Position numbers and translations under genes: made by a program. DNA of 64,000 nt from assembly GCA_030628945.1 (NCBI GenBank), contig DAOVPY010000001.1, positions 51,302 through 115,301 of the forward strand, read 5' to 3'. Origin of the DNA: Candidatus Nealsonbacteria bacterium (lineage in GTDB: Bacteria > Patescibacteriota > Minisyncoccia > Minisyncoccales > DAOVPY01). The notes beneath the pieces were generated by a model. That model saw only the letters and a program-made list of their open reading frames with translations. It had not been told where the DNA came from and did no database searches. This document shows, in pieces, positions 38,880-48,320 of the stretch. The stretch's first letter is position 1. Every line of letters begins with the position of its first letter.

Positions 38880-39962
38880 ATGAAAAATTTAATTATCTTT
38901 TTAATTAGTTTAATATTTTTAATACCTAATGTAGTTTGCGCTTCTGTTGCCGAAGATTTTATTGTCAATAATCAGCCAAGTTACGCGATTCCGCCTGGGA
39001 CAACTCAGGTTTTGATTTTGGATTTAACCCTGCCAAAGCCAACAGAGAACGATTCTCTGCAATTAAAATCAATTAAGCTCCATAACGCCGGTACCGCGCG
39101 CCAGACAGATATTTCTAAAATGGTTTTTTGGGAAGACGGTTCTTCTCCGGGCTGGGATAATGATGAAACCGAAGTTGTGAGGGTTTCATCATCGCCGTTC
39201 TGGGACACAGAAATTTTATGCGCGGGTTCTGCTCAACGGATTTTTGTTACGGTGGATATCTCGTCTACTGCTGGCTCGGAACGGACGATTAAACCTCAAC
39301 TTGTTGCCAACGTCGTGGACAGCGCCGCAATTCAATTTACTACTTCTACGGCAAACGGGCCTGTTGACGCTGATGTCATTGGTTTTGAAAGAATTATTTT
39401 AGCCGGCGCTTCTCATCCGACAACGCCGGTGAGTCCTTTGGCGCGGGCGCCGGAAGCAATTTCTACATCCACTATTCGTTGGCGCTTTCTTGATTTATCC
39501 AATAACGAATTCGGGTTTAAGATTTTAGATTCTAATTTGAAAGTGGTGGCAAGGAGTGAAACAGCCGATCTTTCTTGTCTTAATGAGACCGGTTTACAGC
39601 CGGATACAGAGTATTCCGGACGTAGGGTTATTGCTTTTAACGACAGAGGGGAAAGCAGTTTCAGTGCTATTTTTCCTTCAACTTATACATTAAGTCCCGC
39701 TGAAAGCGGGGAAGAACCAGCAGCAGAAGAGCCGGTTGAGGAGCCAGCCCCGATAGAAGAGCCGGCAGCGGAAGAGCCGGCAGCGGAAGAAGAAGTTGAA
39801 AAAACAATTTCAGAGATGACAGTAGAGGAATTAAAAACCAAAATTACCGAGATTCAGCAGAAGATTATTAATTTTCTTGAGCAACTGATAGAGTTGATTC
39901 AACTGCAAATCGCCGCTGTTTTTAATTTTTATATTAAGATTATTCAATGGCTAAAAATTTGA
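38880..39962 (+). CDS. Secreted hypothetical protein with Pro/Glu/Ala-rich acidic repeats and a fibronectin-III-like segment
   Basis: Signal peptide (LIIFLISLIFLIPNVVCA). FN3-like segment IRWRFLDLSNNEFGFKILDSNLKVVAR. EEPAAEEPVEEPAPIEEPAAEEPAAEEE repeats. Overlaps the next gene by 16 nt. Confidence 0.4.
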   Translation: MKNLIIFLISLIFLIPNVVCASVAEDFIVNNQPSYAIPPGTTQVLILDLTLPKPTENDSLQLKSIKLHNAGTARQTDISKMVFWEDGSSPGWDNDETEVVRVSSSPFWDTEILCAGSAQRIFVTVDISSTAGSERTIKPQLVANVVDSAAIQFTTSTANGPVDADVIGFERIILAGASHPTTPVSPLARAPEAISTSTIRWRFLDLSNNEFGFKILDSNLKVVARSETADLSCLNETGLQPDTEYSGRRVIAFNDRGESSFSAIFPSTYTLSPAESGEEPAAEEPVEEPAPIEEPAAEEPAAEEEVEKTISEMTVEELKTKITEIQQKIINFLEQLIELIQLQIAAVFNFYIKIIQWLKI

Positions 39963-41659
39963 AAATAATTTTAATAGGATTTATATTTTTAATTTTGCCG
40001 GTTTTTGTTTTTGCCGATGAATTCGGTCAGAAAACAACTTTTTTTGTTGATTCTGATTTTGACGCTTTAACAAGGGAACAGGTGTTTTCCACTTTGCGCG
40101 CAATGTCTTCCTCGGCTTATTTTTATATTGATAATAATTACTGGTCTGAATTAACCGAGCCGGAACGAGAAGTGATGAGTTATGCCTTGCAAAATTTAGG
40201 CGCGGAATTTGATACCGTAATTTATCCAACATTGACAAGGACTTTCGGTTTTGAATACAAACCCGGGATTGACAAAGATACCCGGGTTACGGTTTTAATC
40301 CATCCGATGTTGAAAAGCGTTGGCGGTTATTTTACCACCTCTGACGAATATCCGCTGTTGCAAGTTCCCAATTCCAATGAGCGGGAGATGGTTTATTTGA
40401 ATTCTCATTATCTTAATACTTTTTTAATAAAAAGTTTTTTAGCCCACGAACTGGTTCATTTGATCACTTTCAACCAGAAAGACAGGAAATTCGGGCTCAG
40501 CGAGGAAATTTGGCTGAACGAAGCCCGGGCAGAATACGCTCCTTTCTTGTGCGGCTATGACGAAGATTACGAAAACAGCAATCTCCGTCTCAGGGTCAGG
40601 GATTTCCGGGAAGAGCCCAATGATTCCTTAGTTGAATGGAAAAATCAAAAAGCGGATTATGGAGTGATTAATTTATTCATTCGCTATTTGGCGGAGCATT
40701 ATGGAACAGAGATTTTAATTGACTCTTTACATTCTGCCAAGACCGGGTTGGATTCTTTAAATTTTGCTTTAACTAAAAACGGCTTTGAGCAGGATTTTTC
40801 CCAAATTTTTACTGATTGGACCATCGCGGTTTATCTTAATGACTGTTCGCTTTCCGAGAAATATTGCTATCTTCATCCCGATTTAAGCGCTTTTCATATT
40901 ACTCCTCAAATTAATTTTCTTCCAATAATTGGCGAGAGTTCTTTGGCAGTGAGCCAAACCGTGAAAAATTGGTCCGGGAATTGGTATAAATTTATTGGCG
41001 GCAACAAGGCCTTGAAAGTTGAATTTATCGGCATTTCAGAAACAGAATTTAAGATTCCCTATATTATTCAGGATACTGCTCAGGATGTCGCCCTAAATTT
41101 TTTAGAACTTGATGTTGACGGGAAAGGAGTAATTTATGTTCCGGATTTCAATAAAAAAAATATCTCTCTTACTATTATTCCTTCTATCCAGAGAGAAATA
41201 TCCATTGAAGACGATATGTCTTATTCTTTTTCCTGGTTTGCTTCCACCGTGGAAAGGACTCCTGGCCAGGAACAAGAATTAATTCAGGAATTCCTTGTTC
41301 AGATTGAGAATCTTAAACTCCAGATTGCCAATATCCAGGCAAAAATCAATATTCTTTTAGCTCAAAAACAAACAAAAAAAATAGACGCTTGCGCGTTTCT
41401 TCCGACAAAAATAGAAAATAATCTTTATTATGGAATGGGAAATAATCCGGAAGTTTGCCTATTACAGCAGTTGCTAAAGGAACAGGGGAAAGACATTTAT
41501 CCCGAGGCCCTGGTAACCGGCTATTTCGGGCCTTTGACCCGGGCCGCGGTTATTAGATTTCAGGAGAGATATTCCGCGGAAATTTTAGAGCCGTTGGGAT
41601 TAAAAAAGCCGACTGGCTATGTCGGCCCCTCCACCCGCGCCAAATTAAATCAATTATAG
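39947..41659 (+). CDS. Secreted protein with HExxH zincin-like motif and C-terminal peptidoglycan-binding domain
   Basis: Signal peptide. FLAHELVHLITF (HExxH). The C-terminal LLQQLLKEQG...GYFGPLTRAAVIRFQERY...TGYVGPSTRAKLNQL is shared with the giant protein (TGYVGSTTRAKLNEL). Confidence 0.4.
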   Translation: MAKNLKIILIGFIFLILPVFVFADEFGQKTTFFVDSDFDALTREQVFSTLRAMSSSAYFYIDNNYWSELTEPEREVMSYALQNLGAEFDTVIYPTLTRTFGFEYKPGIDKDTRVTVLIHPMLKSVGGYFTTSDEYPLLQVPNSNEREMVYLNSHYLNTFLIKSFLAHELVHLITFNQKDRKFGLSEEIWLNEARAEYAPFLCGYDEDYENSNLRLRVRDFREEPNDSLVEWKNQKADYGVINLFIRYLAEHYGTEILIDSLHSAKTGLDSLNFALTKNGFEQDFSQIFTDWTIAVYLNDCSLSEKYCYLHPDLSAFHITPQINFLPIIGESSLAVSQTVKNWSGNWYKFIGGNKALKVEFIGISETEFKIPYIIQDTAQDVALNFLELDVDGKGVIYVPDFNKKNISLTIIPSIQREISIEDDMSYSFSWFASTVERTPGQEQELIQEFLVQIENLKLQIANIQAKINILLAQKQTKKIDACAFLPTKIENNLYYGMGNNPEVCLLQQLLKEQGKDIYPEALVTGYFGPLTRAAVIRFQERYSAEILEPLGLKKPTGYVGPSTRAKLNQL

Positions 41660-42883
41660 TAATTGCTCGGTTTGCTGGAGCATTTTTTCCAGAGTAAATT
41701 CTTTTTTTATTTTCTCTCTGGCTTGGATACCCATATTTTTGGCCGACCCGGAATTTTTCAGCAGCCAAATAATTTTTTCAGCGATCATCTGCGGATTTTT
41801 GGATTCTATCAAAAGTCCGTTTTTTTTATCCTCTATAATTTCGGGAAGCGCTCCTGCTTTTGCGGCTATAATTGGCAGTTCAGCTGCCATTGCCTCAAGA
41901 ATTATCCAGGGGAATCCCTCTTTTAGAGAAGGTAAAACAAAAATATCAAACGCCTTGAGATAGCGAAAGGCGTCAGGAATTTGGCCAGTCAAGAAGACCG
42001 TATTTTGAAGGTGATATTTTTTAATTAAAGATTCCAATTGAGGCCGCTGACGACCCTCGCCGATAATGATGAATTTTAAATGAATTTTGTATTTTGTATT
42101 TAAGATATGGGCGGTTTCTATGAAATAGGGAAGCCCTTTTGTTTTGTAAAAATTGGCAACGCAGCCTATGATTTTAAAGTTTTCAACAATTTCAAAAGTC
42201 GCGCTTCCGAAAGTTACGCGCGATAGGTACGTTCGTGCTTCTTCTTTTGGAATAAATTCCAATTGCTGTATGTCAATTCCATTGTAGATTTTTACTAATT
42301 TTTTTGGCAAAGCGATTTTCCGCTTTATTGCTGTTTGAAAATCAAATTCCGAATTAACAATAATTTTATCCTTAAAGCGCGCGAAAAATTTTTCCATTGA
42401 AAAAATAATTTTATTTTGCCACCAAGGTCGGGGGTCGTTAAACGCCCAGCCGCCAATCCTGTAGATAGTTTGTAGTTTGTGATTTGTAGTTTGTAGTTTG
42501 CCCGCCCCGCGATGAGCGTTAGCGAATTTTGCGGGGTAGTTTGTAGTTTGTAGTTTGTAGAAAAAAGAGGCGATACTGCCTAATAAGCCGGCGGTGGTGG
42601 AGCACAAGAATAGAATATCCGGCTTTTCTTTTTTCAGCAAATTATAAATTTCTTTGATTGCCAAAATTGTCTGCCAGGGCAAAGGCGTTCTCCTCATATG
42701 CTTCAGATACACGGGTGTTACGCGTGTATTTTTAAGTTTTTCAAATAGTTCTCCATTTGCGCCTCCCGTTGCAACCAAAATTTCATACTTTTGCGCAGTA
42801 AGATATTTTGCGACCTCATAGACATACCTTTGCGCTCCGCCAAATTCCGATTGAGTAATAATGAATAATATTTTTTTAGCCAT
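41654..42883 (-). CDS. GT4-family glycosyltransferase with an in-frame heptamer-repeat/hairpin insertion in the interdomain linker
   Basis: EGFPWIILEAMAAELPIIAAKAGALPEII (the E-x7-E GT4 motif). N-terminus MAKKILFIITQSEFGGAQRY. The ORF-track GTG start at 42916 lies inside the upstream palindrome, so the ATG at 42883 is preferred. Insert encodes LQTTNYPAKFANAHRGAGKLQTTNHKLQT. Confidence 0.8.
   Translation of the reverse strand: MAKKILFIITQSEFGGAQRYVYEVAKYLTAQKYEILVATGGANGELFEKLKNTRVTPVYLKHMRRTPLPWQTILAIKEIYNLLKKEKPDILFLCSTTAGLLGSIASFFYKLQTTNYPAKFANAHRGAGKLQTTNHKLQTIYRIGGWAFNDPRPWWQNKIIFSMEKFFARFKDKIIVNSEFDFQTAIKRKIALPKKLVKIYNGIDIQQLEFIPKEEARTYLSRVTFGSATFEIVENFKIIGCVANFYKTKGLPYFIETAHILNTKYKIHLKFIIIGEGRQRPQLESLIKKYHLQNTVFLTGQIPDAFRYLKAFDIFVLPSLKEGFPWIILEAMAAELPIIAAKAGALPEIIEDKKNGLLIESKNPQMIAEKIIWLLKNSGSAKNMGIQAREKIKKEFTLEKMLQQTEQLL
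42461..42560. repeat. Composite in-CDS insert: GTAGTTT/AGTTTGT heptamer array (x~6) - GC hairpin CCCGCCCCGC...GCGGGG - heptamer array (x~3.4)
   Basis: Direct read on the + strand. On the gene's sense strand the heptamer is AAACTAC, the same unit as at 54387 and 57963. Confidence 0.85.
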
Positions 42884-42890
42884 ACATTTT

Positions 42891-42922
42891 GGGCTGTGCT
42901 TAACCGAGTTAAGCACAAGCCC
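42891..42922. promoter_or_regulatory. 32-bp palindromic 5'-leader element (sense: GGGCTTGTGCTTAAC-TCG-GTTAAGCACAGCCC), 7 nt upstream of the GT4 ATG; overlaps the stop codon of the upstream EamA gene
   Basis: Direct read; the central TTAACTCGGTTAA is identical in sense orientation to the element at 32721-32752. Confidence 0.6.
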
Positions 42923-43782
42923 TAAGAGATTGAAATTAAAAATACGCCGACGACCATTATTGCCGCTCCCAAAAGTTTTGGCTTGGTGTTTTTTTCTTTA
43001 AAAATCAGAAATCCCAAGACAACGCTGAAAAGAGCGGAGCTTCGTTTGAGAGAAATAATATAGGGCACCAAAGCTATATTTATGGCAATCATTTGAGAAA
43101 GCAGGGTTCCGGCTGAGAAAATTCCAATTGGAATAAGCCATTTGAAATTGGATTTTATTCCTTGAAATCCAATTTTTGATTTGAAGCAAACCAAAGACAA
43201 GAATATAAGCGCGGTTAGACTCTTGGAAATTATTAAAAAAGTAACTGGATTTGAGTTCTGGATAGCTATTTTGTCAACATTACAAGCGATTGAATAAATA
43301 AAAGCCACCATAAGCATTGCCTGAGCGCCTTTGTTTTTTAACAGCGATTTTAATGGCTCCAATATTTTATTTTTTTCTTTTATATTCAGGATATATACTC
43401 CTAAAACAATGGAAATTATCCCTGAAATTCCCAAAAAAGAAGGGAATTCGCCTAAAATTAAATCAGAAGTAAAAATTAGAAATAAAGGAGTAAGCGCAAG
43501 CAAGGGGGCGACCAGAGAGAGTTCAGAGAGATTTAGCGCTTTCATAAAAAGATAAATAGCAGTTACGCTTAAGACAACTGTAACTGACATAGTCCACCAG
43601 AATGTAAAATTGAGAGCGGCCCATTCCGACCAAAACAAAGCCAATAGGAAAAAGGGCAGGGCAAAGAACGAATAAGCAAAACCGCTGATGTATTCATCAG
43701 TTTTATTGACAGATTTCTTGCTAGCCGCGCCCATCAGGGAATGAAAAAATCCGCTTAAAATTCCTAATGATAACCAAAGCAT
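42922..43782 (-). CDS. EamA/DMT-superfamily membrane transporter
   Basis: About 10 TM helices arranged as two EamA-like halves. Confidence 0.55.
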   Translation of the reverse strand: MLWLSLGILSGFFHSLMGAASKKSVNKTDEYISGFAYSFFALPFFLLALFWSEWAALNFTFWWTMSVTVVLSVTAIYLFMKALNLSELSLVAPLLALTPLFLIFTSDLILGEFPSFLGISGIISIVLGVYILNIKEKNKILEPLKSLLKNKGAQAMLMVAFIYSIACNVDKIAIQNSNPVTFLIISKSLTALIFLSLVCFKSKIGFQGIKSNFKWLIPIGIFSAGTLLSQMIAINIALVPYIISLKRSSALFSVVLGFLIFKEKNTKPKLLGAAIMVVGVFLISIS

Positions 43783-43865
43783 AAAAAATTTGACTTTTAA
43801 TCCTGATTGTTTGTATAATAAAACAGAAAGGTCAAATAAGCAATAAATGTTTAATTTAATAAAAT

Positions 43866-44696
43866 ATGGCAGAAGAAAAATACAAACCCGGCATTATGGG
43901 CGTTGGCATGGTAGGGGGGGCGATGCGCCGCTATTTTGAGGAAAAAAGGGAAATAAAACCTTTTTTATACGACCCTGGTAAAAATCTTGGCTCTATCAAG
44001 GAGATAAACCAAGCAGACGTTATTTTCCTTTGCGTGCCTACTCCTTATCTTAAAAAAGAAAAAGGATTTGATTTGTCTTTCATTAAAGACGCTTTTACTA
44101 AAATTGATGATAATAAAATTGTAGTAATAAAATCAACGGTTTTGCCGGGCACCACAGAGTCGCTGCAGAAAAAATATCCTCAGCACAAAATTTTAATGAA
44201 TCCCGAGTTTTTAACCGAAGTTACTGCTGACCAGGATATGAATTATCCGGACAGGCAGATTATCGGATATACCAAGCAAAGTTATAATGTTGCCGGAGAC
44301 GTAATGGCGCTCTTGCCTTTAGCTCCTTTTGAGAGAATTCTTCCGGCTACAGAAGCTGAAATGGTGAAATATTACGGCAATACATGGTTTTCCACTAAAG
44401 TGATTTTTGCCAACCAGATATATGATTTATGCGAGAAATTAGGGATTGATTATAACAGAATAAAAGAAGCGGCAGCGGCTGACAAAAGAATAGGCAGAAC
44501 TCACCTTGAAATTTTACATAAAGGTTATCGCGGCTTTGGCGGGAAATGCCTTGTAAAAGACAACCGGGCTATAATTCAGCTGGCAGATACAAAAGGAGTG
44601 AATCTTAAACTTCATAAGATAGTAGAGGAAATCAATAATGAACTAATGAAGAAGCAGAACATTGTTGACCCGGAAAAGTTCAGCAACCGAGAATAA
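43866..44696 (+). CDS. UDP-glucose/GDP-mannose dehydrogenase-family protein, short form (NAD-binding and central domains only)
   Basis: GVGMVGGA Rossmann; CVPTP; NPEFLTE; catalytic-Cys region GFGGKCLVKD. The protein ends ~40 aa later without the C-terminal UDP-binding domain. Confidence 0.5.
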   Translation: MAEEKYKPGIMGVGMVGGAMRRYFEEKREIKPFLYDPGKNLGSIKEINQADVIFLCVPTPYLKKEKGFDLSFIKDAFTKIDDNKIVVIKSTVLPGTTESLQKKYPQHKILMNPEFLTEVTADQDMNYPDRQIIGYTKQSYNVAGDVMALLPLAPFERILPATEAEMVKYYGNTWFSTKVIFANQIYDLCEKLGIDYNRIKEAAAADKRIGRTHLEILHKGYRGFGGKCLVKDNRAIIQLADTKGVNLKLHKIVEEINNELMKKQNIVDPEKFSNRE

Positions 44697-44700
44697 AAAT

Positions 44701-45603
44701 ATGGCTAAAATTTTAGTTACCGGCGGCGCGGGATTTATCGGTTCTCATCTGGTTGACGCTTTAATTGAAAAGGGAGATGAGGTTTTGGTGATTGACAATC
44801 TCAGCACCGGCAATAAAGAAAATCTCAATCCTAAGGCGAAATTTTTTGAAATGGACATCAGAAATTTAGACAAAATTCAACCCTTATTTAAAGGTGTTGA
44901 TTTTGTTTTTCACGAGGCCGCTTTGCCGAGAATTCCTTTGTCAATTGAGAAACCTATCGAAACCAATGACGTTAATCTGAACGGGACTTTGAATGTTTTA
45001 TTCGCTTCAAAAAATTCCAGAGTGAAGAAAGTTATTTACGCGGCGTCTTCTTCCGCTTACGGCAGCAAAGCAGAAATTCCGATGAAAGAAATAATGTCCT
45101 GTCTGCCCTTAAACCCTTACGGACTTCAAAAATACGTGGGAGAGCTTTATTGTAGAATTTTTTTTGAGATTTATGGTTTAGCAACGGTTTCTTTGAGATA
45201 TTTTAATGTCTATGGACCAAGACAACCCAGAGAGGGCGCTTACGCGCCGGTCATCGGCATTTTTTTGAGGCAGAAATCTGCGCGTAAGCCCTTGACTATC
45301 ACGGGAGACGGCAAGCAAACCCGAGATTGGACTTATGTTTCTGATGTGGTGAGAGCTAATATTTTGGCGCTGGAATCAGAGAAAACCGGCAAAGGAGAAG
45401 TGATAAATATCGGAGCCGGCAAAAATCACAGCGTGAATGAATTAGCGAAGATGCTTGGGGAAGAAACCACGTATATTTCTTTGCCAAAAGGCGAGATGAA
45501 GGACACTTTGGCAGATATAGGTTTGGCTAAAGAATTGCTGGGATGGGAACCGAAGGTGGGGCTGGAACAAGGAATAGCCCAACTTTTGAAATATTATGGC
45601 TAA
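44701..45603 (+). CDS. NAD-dependent nucleotide-sugar epimerase/dehydratase (SDR, UDP-glucose 4-epimerase-like)
   Basis: ILVTGGAGFIGSHL; YAASSSAYG...Y..K catalytic triad region. Confidence 0.8.
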   Translation: MAKILVTGGAGFIGSHLVDALIEKGDEVLVIDNLSTGNKENLNPKAKFFEMDIRNLDKIQPLFKGVDFVFHEAALPRIPLSIEKPIETNDVNLNGTLNVLFASKNSRVKKVIYAASSSAYGSKAEIPMKEIMSCLPLNPYGLQKYVGELYCRIFFEIYGLATVSLRYFNVYGPRQPREGAYAPVIGIFLRQKSARKPLTITGDGKQTRDWTYVSDVVRANILALESEKTGKGEVINIGAGKNHSVNELAKMLGEETTYISLPKGEMKDTLADIGLAKELLGWEPKVGLEQGIAQLLKYYG

Positions 45604-46552
45604 AATTCTCATTACCGGCGGGGCCGGGTTTATTGGCAGTCATTTATGCGAAAAGCTTCTCCAAAAAGGAGAAGAAGTTTTTGTTATTGATGATTTATCC
45701 ACTGGCAGGATGGAAAATATTGCCCATTTGAAAAAAAATAAAAAATTTCATTTCATCAAAGAGACAATTCTAAACCGCAAGAAAATGGAGATATTGATTA
45801 AAAAATGCCGCAAGATTTTTCATTTAGCGGCCGCGGTAGGAGTAAAGACAATAATAGATAAGCCCCTTGAGTCCTTTCTTATTAATATTAACGGCACAGA
45901 AATTGTTTTAGAAATAGCCGCAAAATATAAAGTTCCCGTTCTTATTACTTCTTCGTCCGAGGTCTATGGGAAAAATAATAACCTTCCTTTCAAGGAAGAA
46001 GACGACCGGGTCTACGGCTCTATTTATCATAATCGCTGGGGTTATGGCCTATCCAAGGGAAGCGACGAATTTTTAGCTCTGGCTTATTTTCAAGAAAAGA
46101 ATCTTCCAATAGTTATTGTTCGGCTTTTTAACGTGATAGGCCCGAGACAATCAGGGGCTTATGGAATGGTAGCGCCCAGATTTATTAAACAAGCGTTATC
46201 AGGCAAGCCCATTATGGTTTATGGAAATGGTGAACAAACGCGGTGTTTTGCCGATGTTGAAGACATAACCGACGCGCTGATTAAATTAATTAATGAGCCG
46301 AGAGCAAGGGGCGAGATTTTTAATTTAGGTTCAAGTAAAGAGATTACCATTAAGGCGCTGGCTCAGGAAATTAAATTATTAGCCAACAGCAAATCAAAAA
46401 TTGTTTTTGTCCCCTATACTAAGGTCTATGGGCCTAATTTTGAGGATATGGCTCATAGAAGGCCGGATCTTTCCAAAATAAAGAACTTGATTGGGTATCA
46501 ACCGAAAATAACTCTGAAAGAAAGCCTTAAAAAGATTATAAATAAGGGTTAA
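45596..46552 (+). CDS. NAD-dependent nucleotide-sugar epimerase/dehydratase (SDR; UDP-glucuronate decarboxylase/4,6-dehydratase-like)
   Basis: ILITGGAGFIGSHLCEKL; SSSEVYG; YxxxK (YGLSKGSDE). Confidence 0.75.
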   Translation: MAKILITGGAGFIGSHLCEKLLQKGEEVFVIDDLSTGRMENIAHLKKNKKFHFIKETILNRKKMEILIKKCRKIFHLAAAVGVKTIIDKPLESFLININGTEIVLEIAAKYKVPVLITSSSEVYGKNNNLPFKEEDDRVYGSIYHNRWGYGLSKGSDEFLALAYFQEKNLPIVIVRLFNVIGPRQSGAYGMVAPRFIKQALSGKPIMVYGNGEQTRCFADVEDITDALIKLINEPRARGEIFNLGSSKEITIKALAQEIKLLANSKSKIVFVPYTKVYGPNFEDMAHRRPDLSKIKNLIGYQPKITLKESLKKIINKG

Positions 46553-46562
46553 ACATTAAATT

Positions 46563-47339
46563 ATGAAAATCTGTTTTATTTCTATTGACGTAGAGCATGA
46601 TTTTGGCTCGCCTTCTCAAGAGAAACAATTGAGAAAATTCCAAGGCGTAGAAAATCTGGATAAAATTTTAAACATTTTCAAAAATCAGGGTATTTCGGCT
46701 ACTCTTTTTATTACAGGACAGGTTTTAGAAAAATATAAAGACAAGGTAAAAAAATGGGCAAAGGATTATGAAATCGCCTGCCATACCTGGTCCCATTATT
46801 TTTGGAATAAGATTAAGGGGCAGGAAAGAAAACAAGAAGTGGATAAATTTATTGAGCTTTATCAGGAAATTTTCAATCAGCCGCCGAAGGGATTCAGAGC
46901 TCCTTCCCATCTTATTGATGAACAGGGAATGAAACTCTTGGAGGAAAAAGGTTTTCTTTACGACAGCAGTATTATCCCTCATTACCCTTTTTTCAAAAAA
47001 TATCGCGGATATAAAGGAAGGGCCCCCTTGGTTCCTTATCATCCGAATGTTAAAAATATCAGAGAGAGAGGAGAAATGGAAATTCTGGAAATACCGGTTC
47101 CAGGCCAATTTTTGGGAATTCCTTTGGTTGGAACCTGGATTTCAAAACTGCCCATAATGAGTTACCAGTTATTATTTTTAATTAGAAAACCCGATTTTTT
47201 AACTTTGAATTTACATTCCTGGGATAGTTTAAGCCATAAGCGTTTAAGAAAAATTGAAAAGATTTTAACAATTTTGAAAAACAAAGATTATCAATTTAAA
47301 ACAGGACGGCAAATTTGTGAAAAATTTTCAAAGGATTAA
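46563..47339 (+). CDS. Polysaccharide deacetylase-like protein (CE4/NodB-homology superfamily, divergent)
   Basis: ISIDVEHDF...ACHTWSH... in the layout of a NodB-like fold. Confidence 0.4.
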   Translation: MKICFISIDVEHDFGSPSQEKQLRKFQGVENLDKILNIFKNQGISATLFITGQVLEKYKDKVKKWAKDYEIACHTWSHYFWNKIKGQERKQEVDKFIELYQEIFNQPPKGFRAPSHLIDEQGMKLLEEKGFLYDSSIIPHYPFFKKYRGYKGRAPLVPYHPNVKNIRERGEMEILEIPVPGQFLGIPLVGTWISKLPIMSYQLLFLIRKPDFLTLNLHSWDSLSHKRLRKIEKILTILKNKDYQFKTGRQICEKFSKD

Positions 47340-48318
47340 AGATAGAAAAGAATGGCTGGATTTATTGGACAAAGTTTTATTTAAGACATTTTTTCATAAT
47401 TTGGAATGGGAAAGTTTTTTAGAGAAGCAATTTAAGTGGTTGAAATTTGAAAGATATGTTTGGCGCAATCAGGCGCTTTTGAGCTTGGCGCGAGTTAAAA
47501 TTATGGGCAAGGAAAAATTGGTTTCTCATCCCTTCTGCGAGTACGGCGGACCTTTGCCCCTTAAACACGGAATTGTTTGGCAGGAATTTCGCGATGATAT
47601 TTTTTCTATTTTCAAAATTCCCGTTCAAATCAGTTTTCATCCGCAAGTTTTAAGATATTTTCAGGGAATTTCCTTTGACAAATCTGACGCATTGAACAGC
47701 GCTTATTTTATAGAAAATTTTCGTCAAAAGAGCCCTGAACAAATTTTTTCTTGTTTCAGAAAGACGCTTAGGCATTCAATAAAAAAAGCCGAAAGAGAAA
47801 ATTTTGAAATTAAAAGATGCGAGAATAAAAAGGAGATGAAAGATTTTTACAGAATCTATCTTAAAACCGAAAAAAGACATAAATCCATTCCTTATCCATT
47901 TTCTTTTTTTAATTTTTTTTTCAATTCGCAAAATTCAGAAATAATATTGGCTAAATTCAAAGATAAAGTAATTGCCGGAAGCGTGTTTCTTTTTTATGAT
48001 AAATTTATTCATTATTCCAAGAATGCTTCCGATGAAAAATATAAAAATTTAGGCGCCAATTATTTGATTCTATGGAACGAGATTAAAAAGTGCGCGCGCA
48101 AAGATTACGAAATTTTTGATCTTGGAGGGACTGGCAGGGATTCAAGTTTGGAAGTTTTTAAAAGAGGATGGGGAAGTCAGGAACGCCCTATTTTTGAATT
48201 GAGCAGCCAAGCCCCGGGAAATAGTTTTAAAGATTCAAAATTAAGGGAGATTTTTGGGCTCTTGCCCGATTTTTTAATAGAAAGAATCAGCCCTTATTTA
48301 CTTAAATACAAACTCTAA
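47317..48318 (+). CDS. FemAB-like / BioF2-like GNAT acyltransferase
   Basis: About 330 aa with a C-terminal GNAT-like region (SVFLFYDKFIHYSKNASDEKYKNLGANYLILWNEIKKC) typical of the FemAB/lipid-II peptidyltransferase fold. Confidence 0.4.
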   Translation: MKNFQRIKDRKEWLDLLDKVLFKTFFHNLEWESFLEKQFKWLKFERYVWRNQALLSLARVKIMGKEKLVSHPFCEYGGPLPLKHGIVWQEFRDDIFSIFKIPVQISFHPQVLRYFQGISFDKSDALNSAYFIENFRQKSPEQIFSCFRKTLRHSIKKAERENFEIKRCENKKEMKDFYRIYLKTEKRHKSIPYPFSFFNFFFNSQNSEIILAKFKDKVIAGSVFLFYDKFIHYSKNASDEKYKNLGANYLILWNEIKKCARKDYEIFDLGGTGRDSSLEVFKRGWGSQERPIFELSSQAPGNSFKDSKLREIFGLLPDFLIERISPYLLKYKL

Positions 48319-48320
48319 AG

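Noticed and set aside
42884-42916. GTG start (MLNSVKHSPKC...) of the minus-strand GT4 gene
   Set aside because: These codons are the translation of the 32-bp leader palindrome. The canonical GT4 N-terminus MAKKILFI begins at the ATG at 42883.
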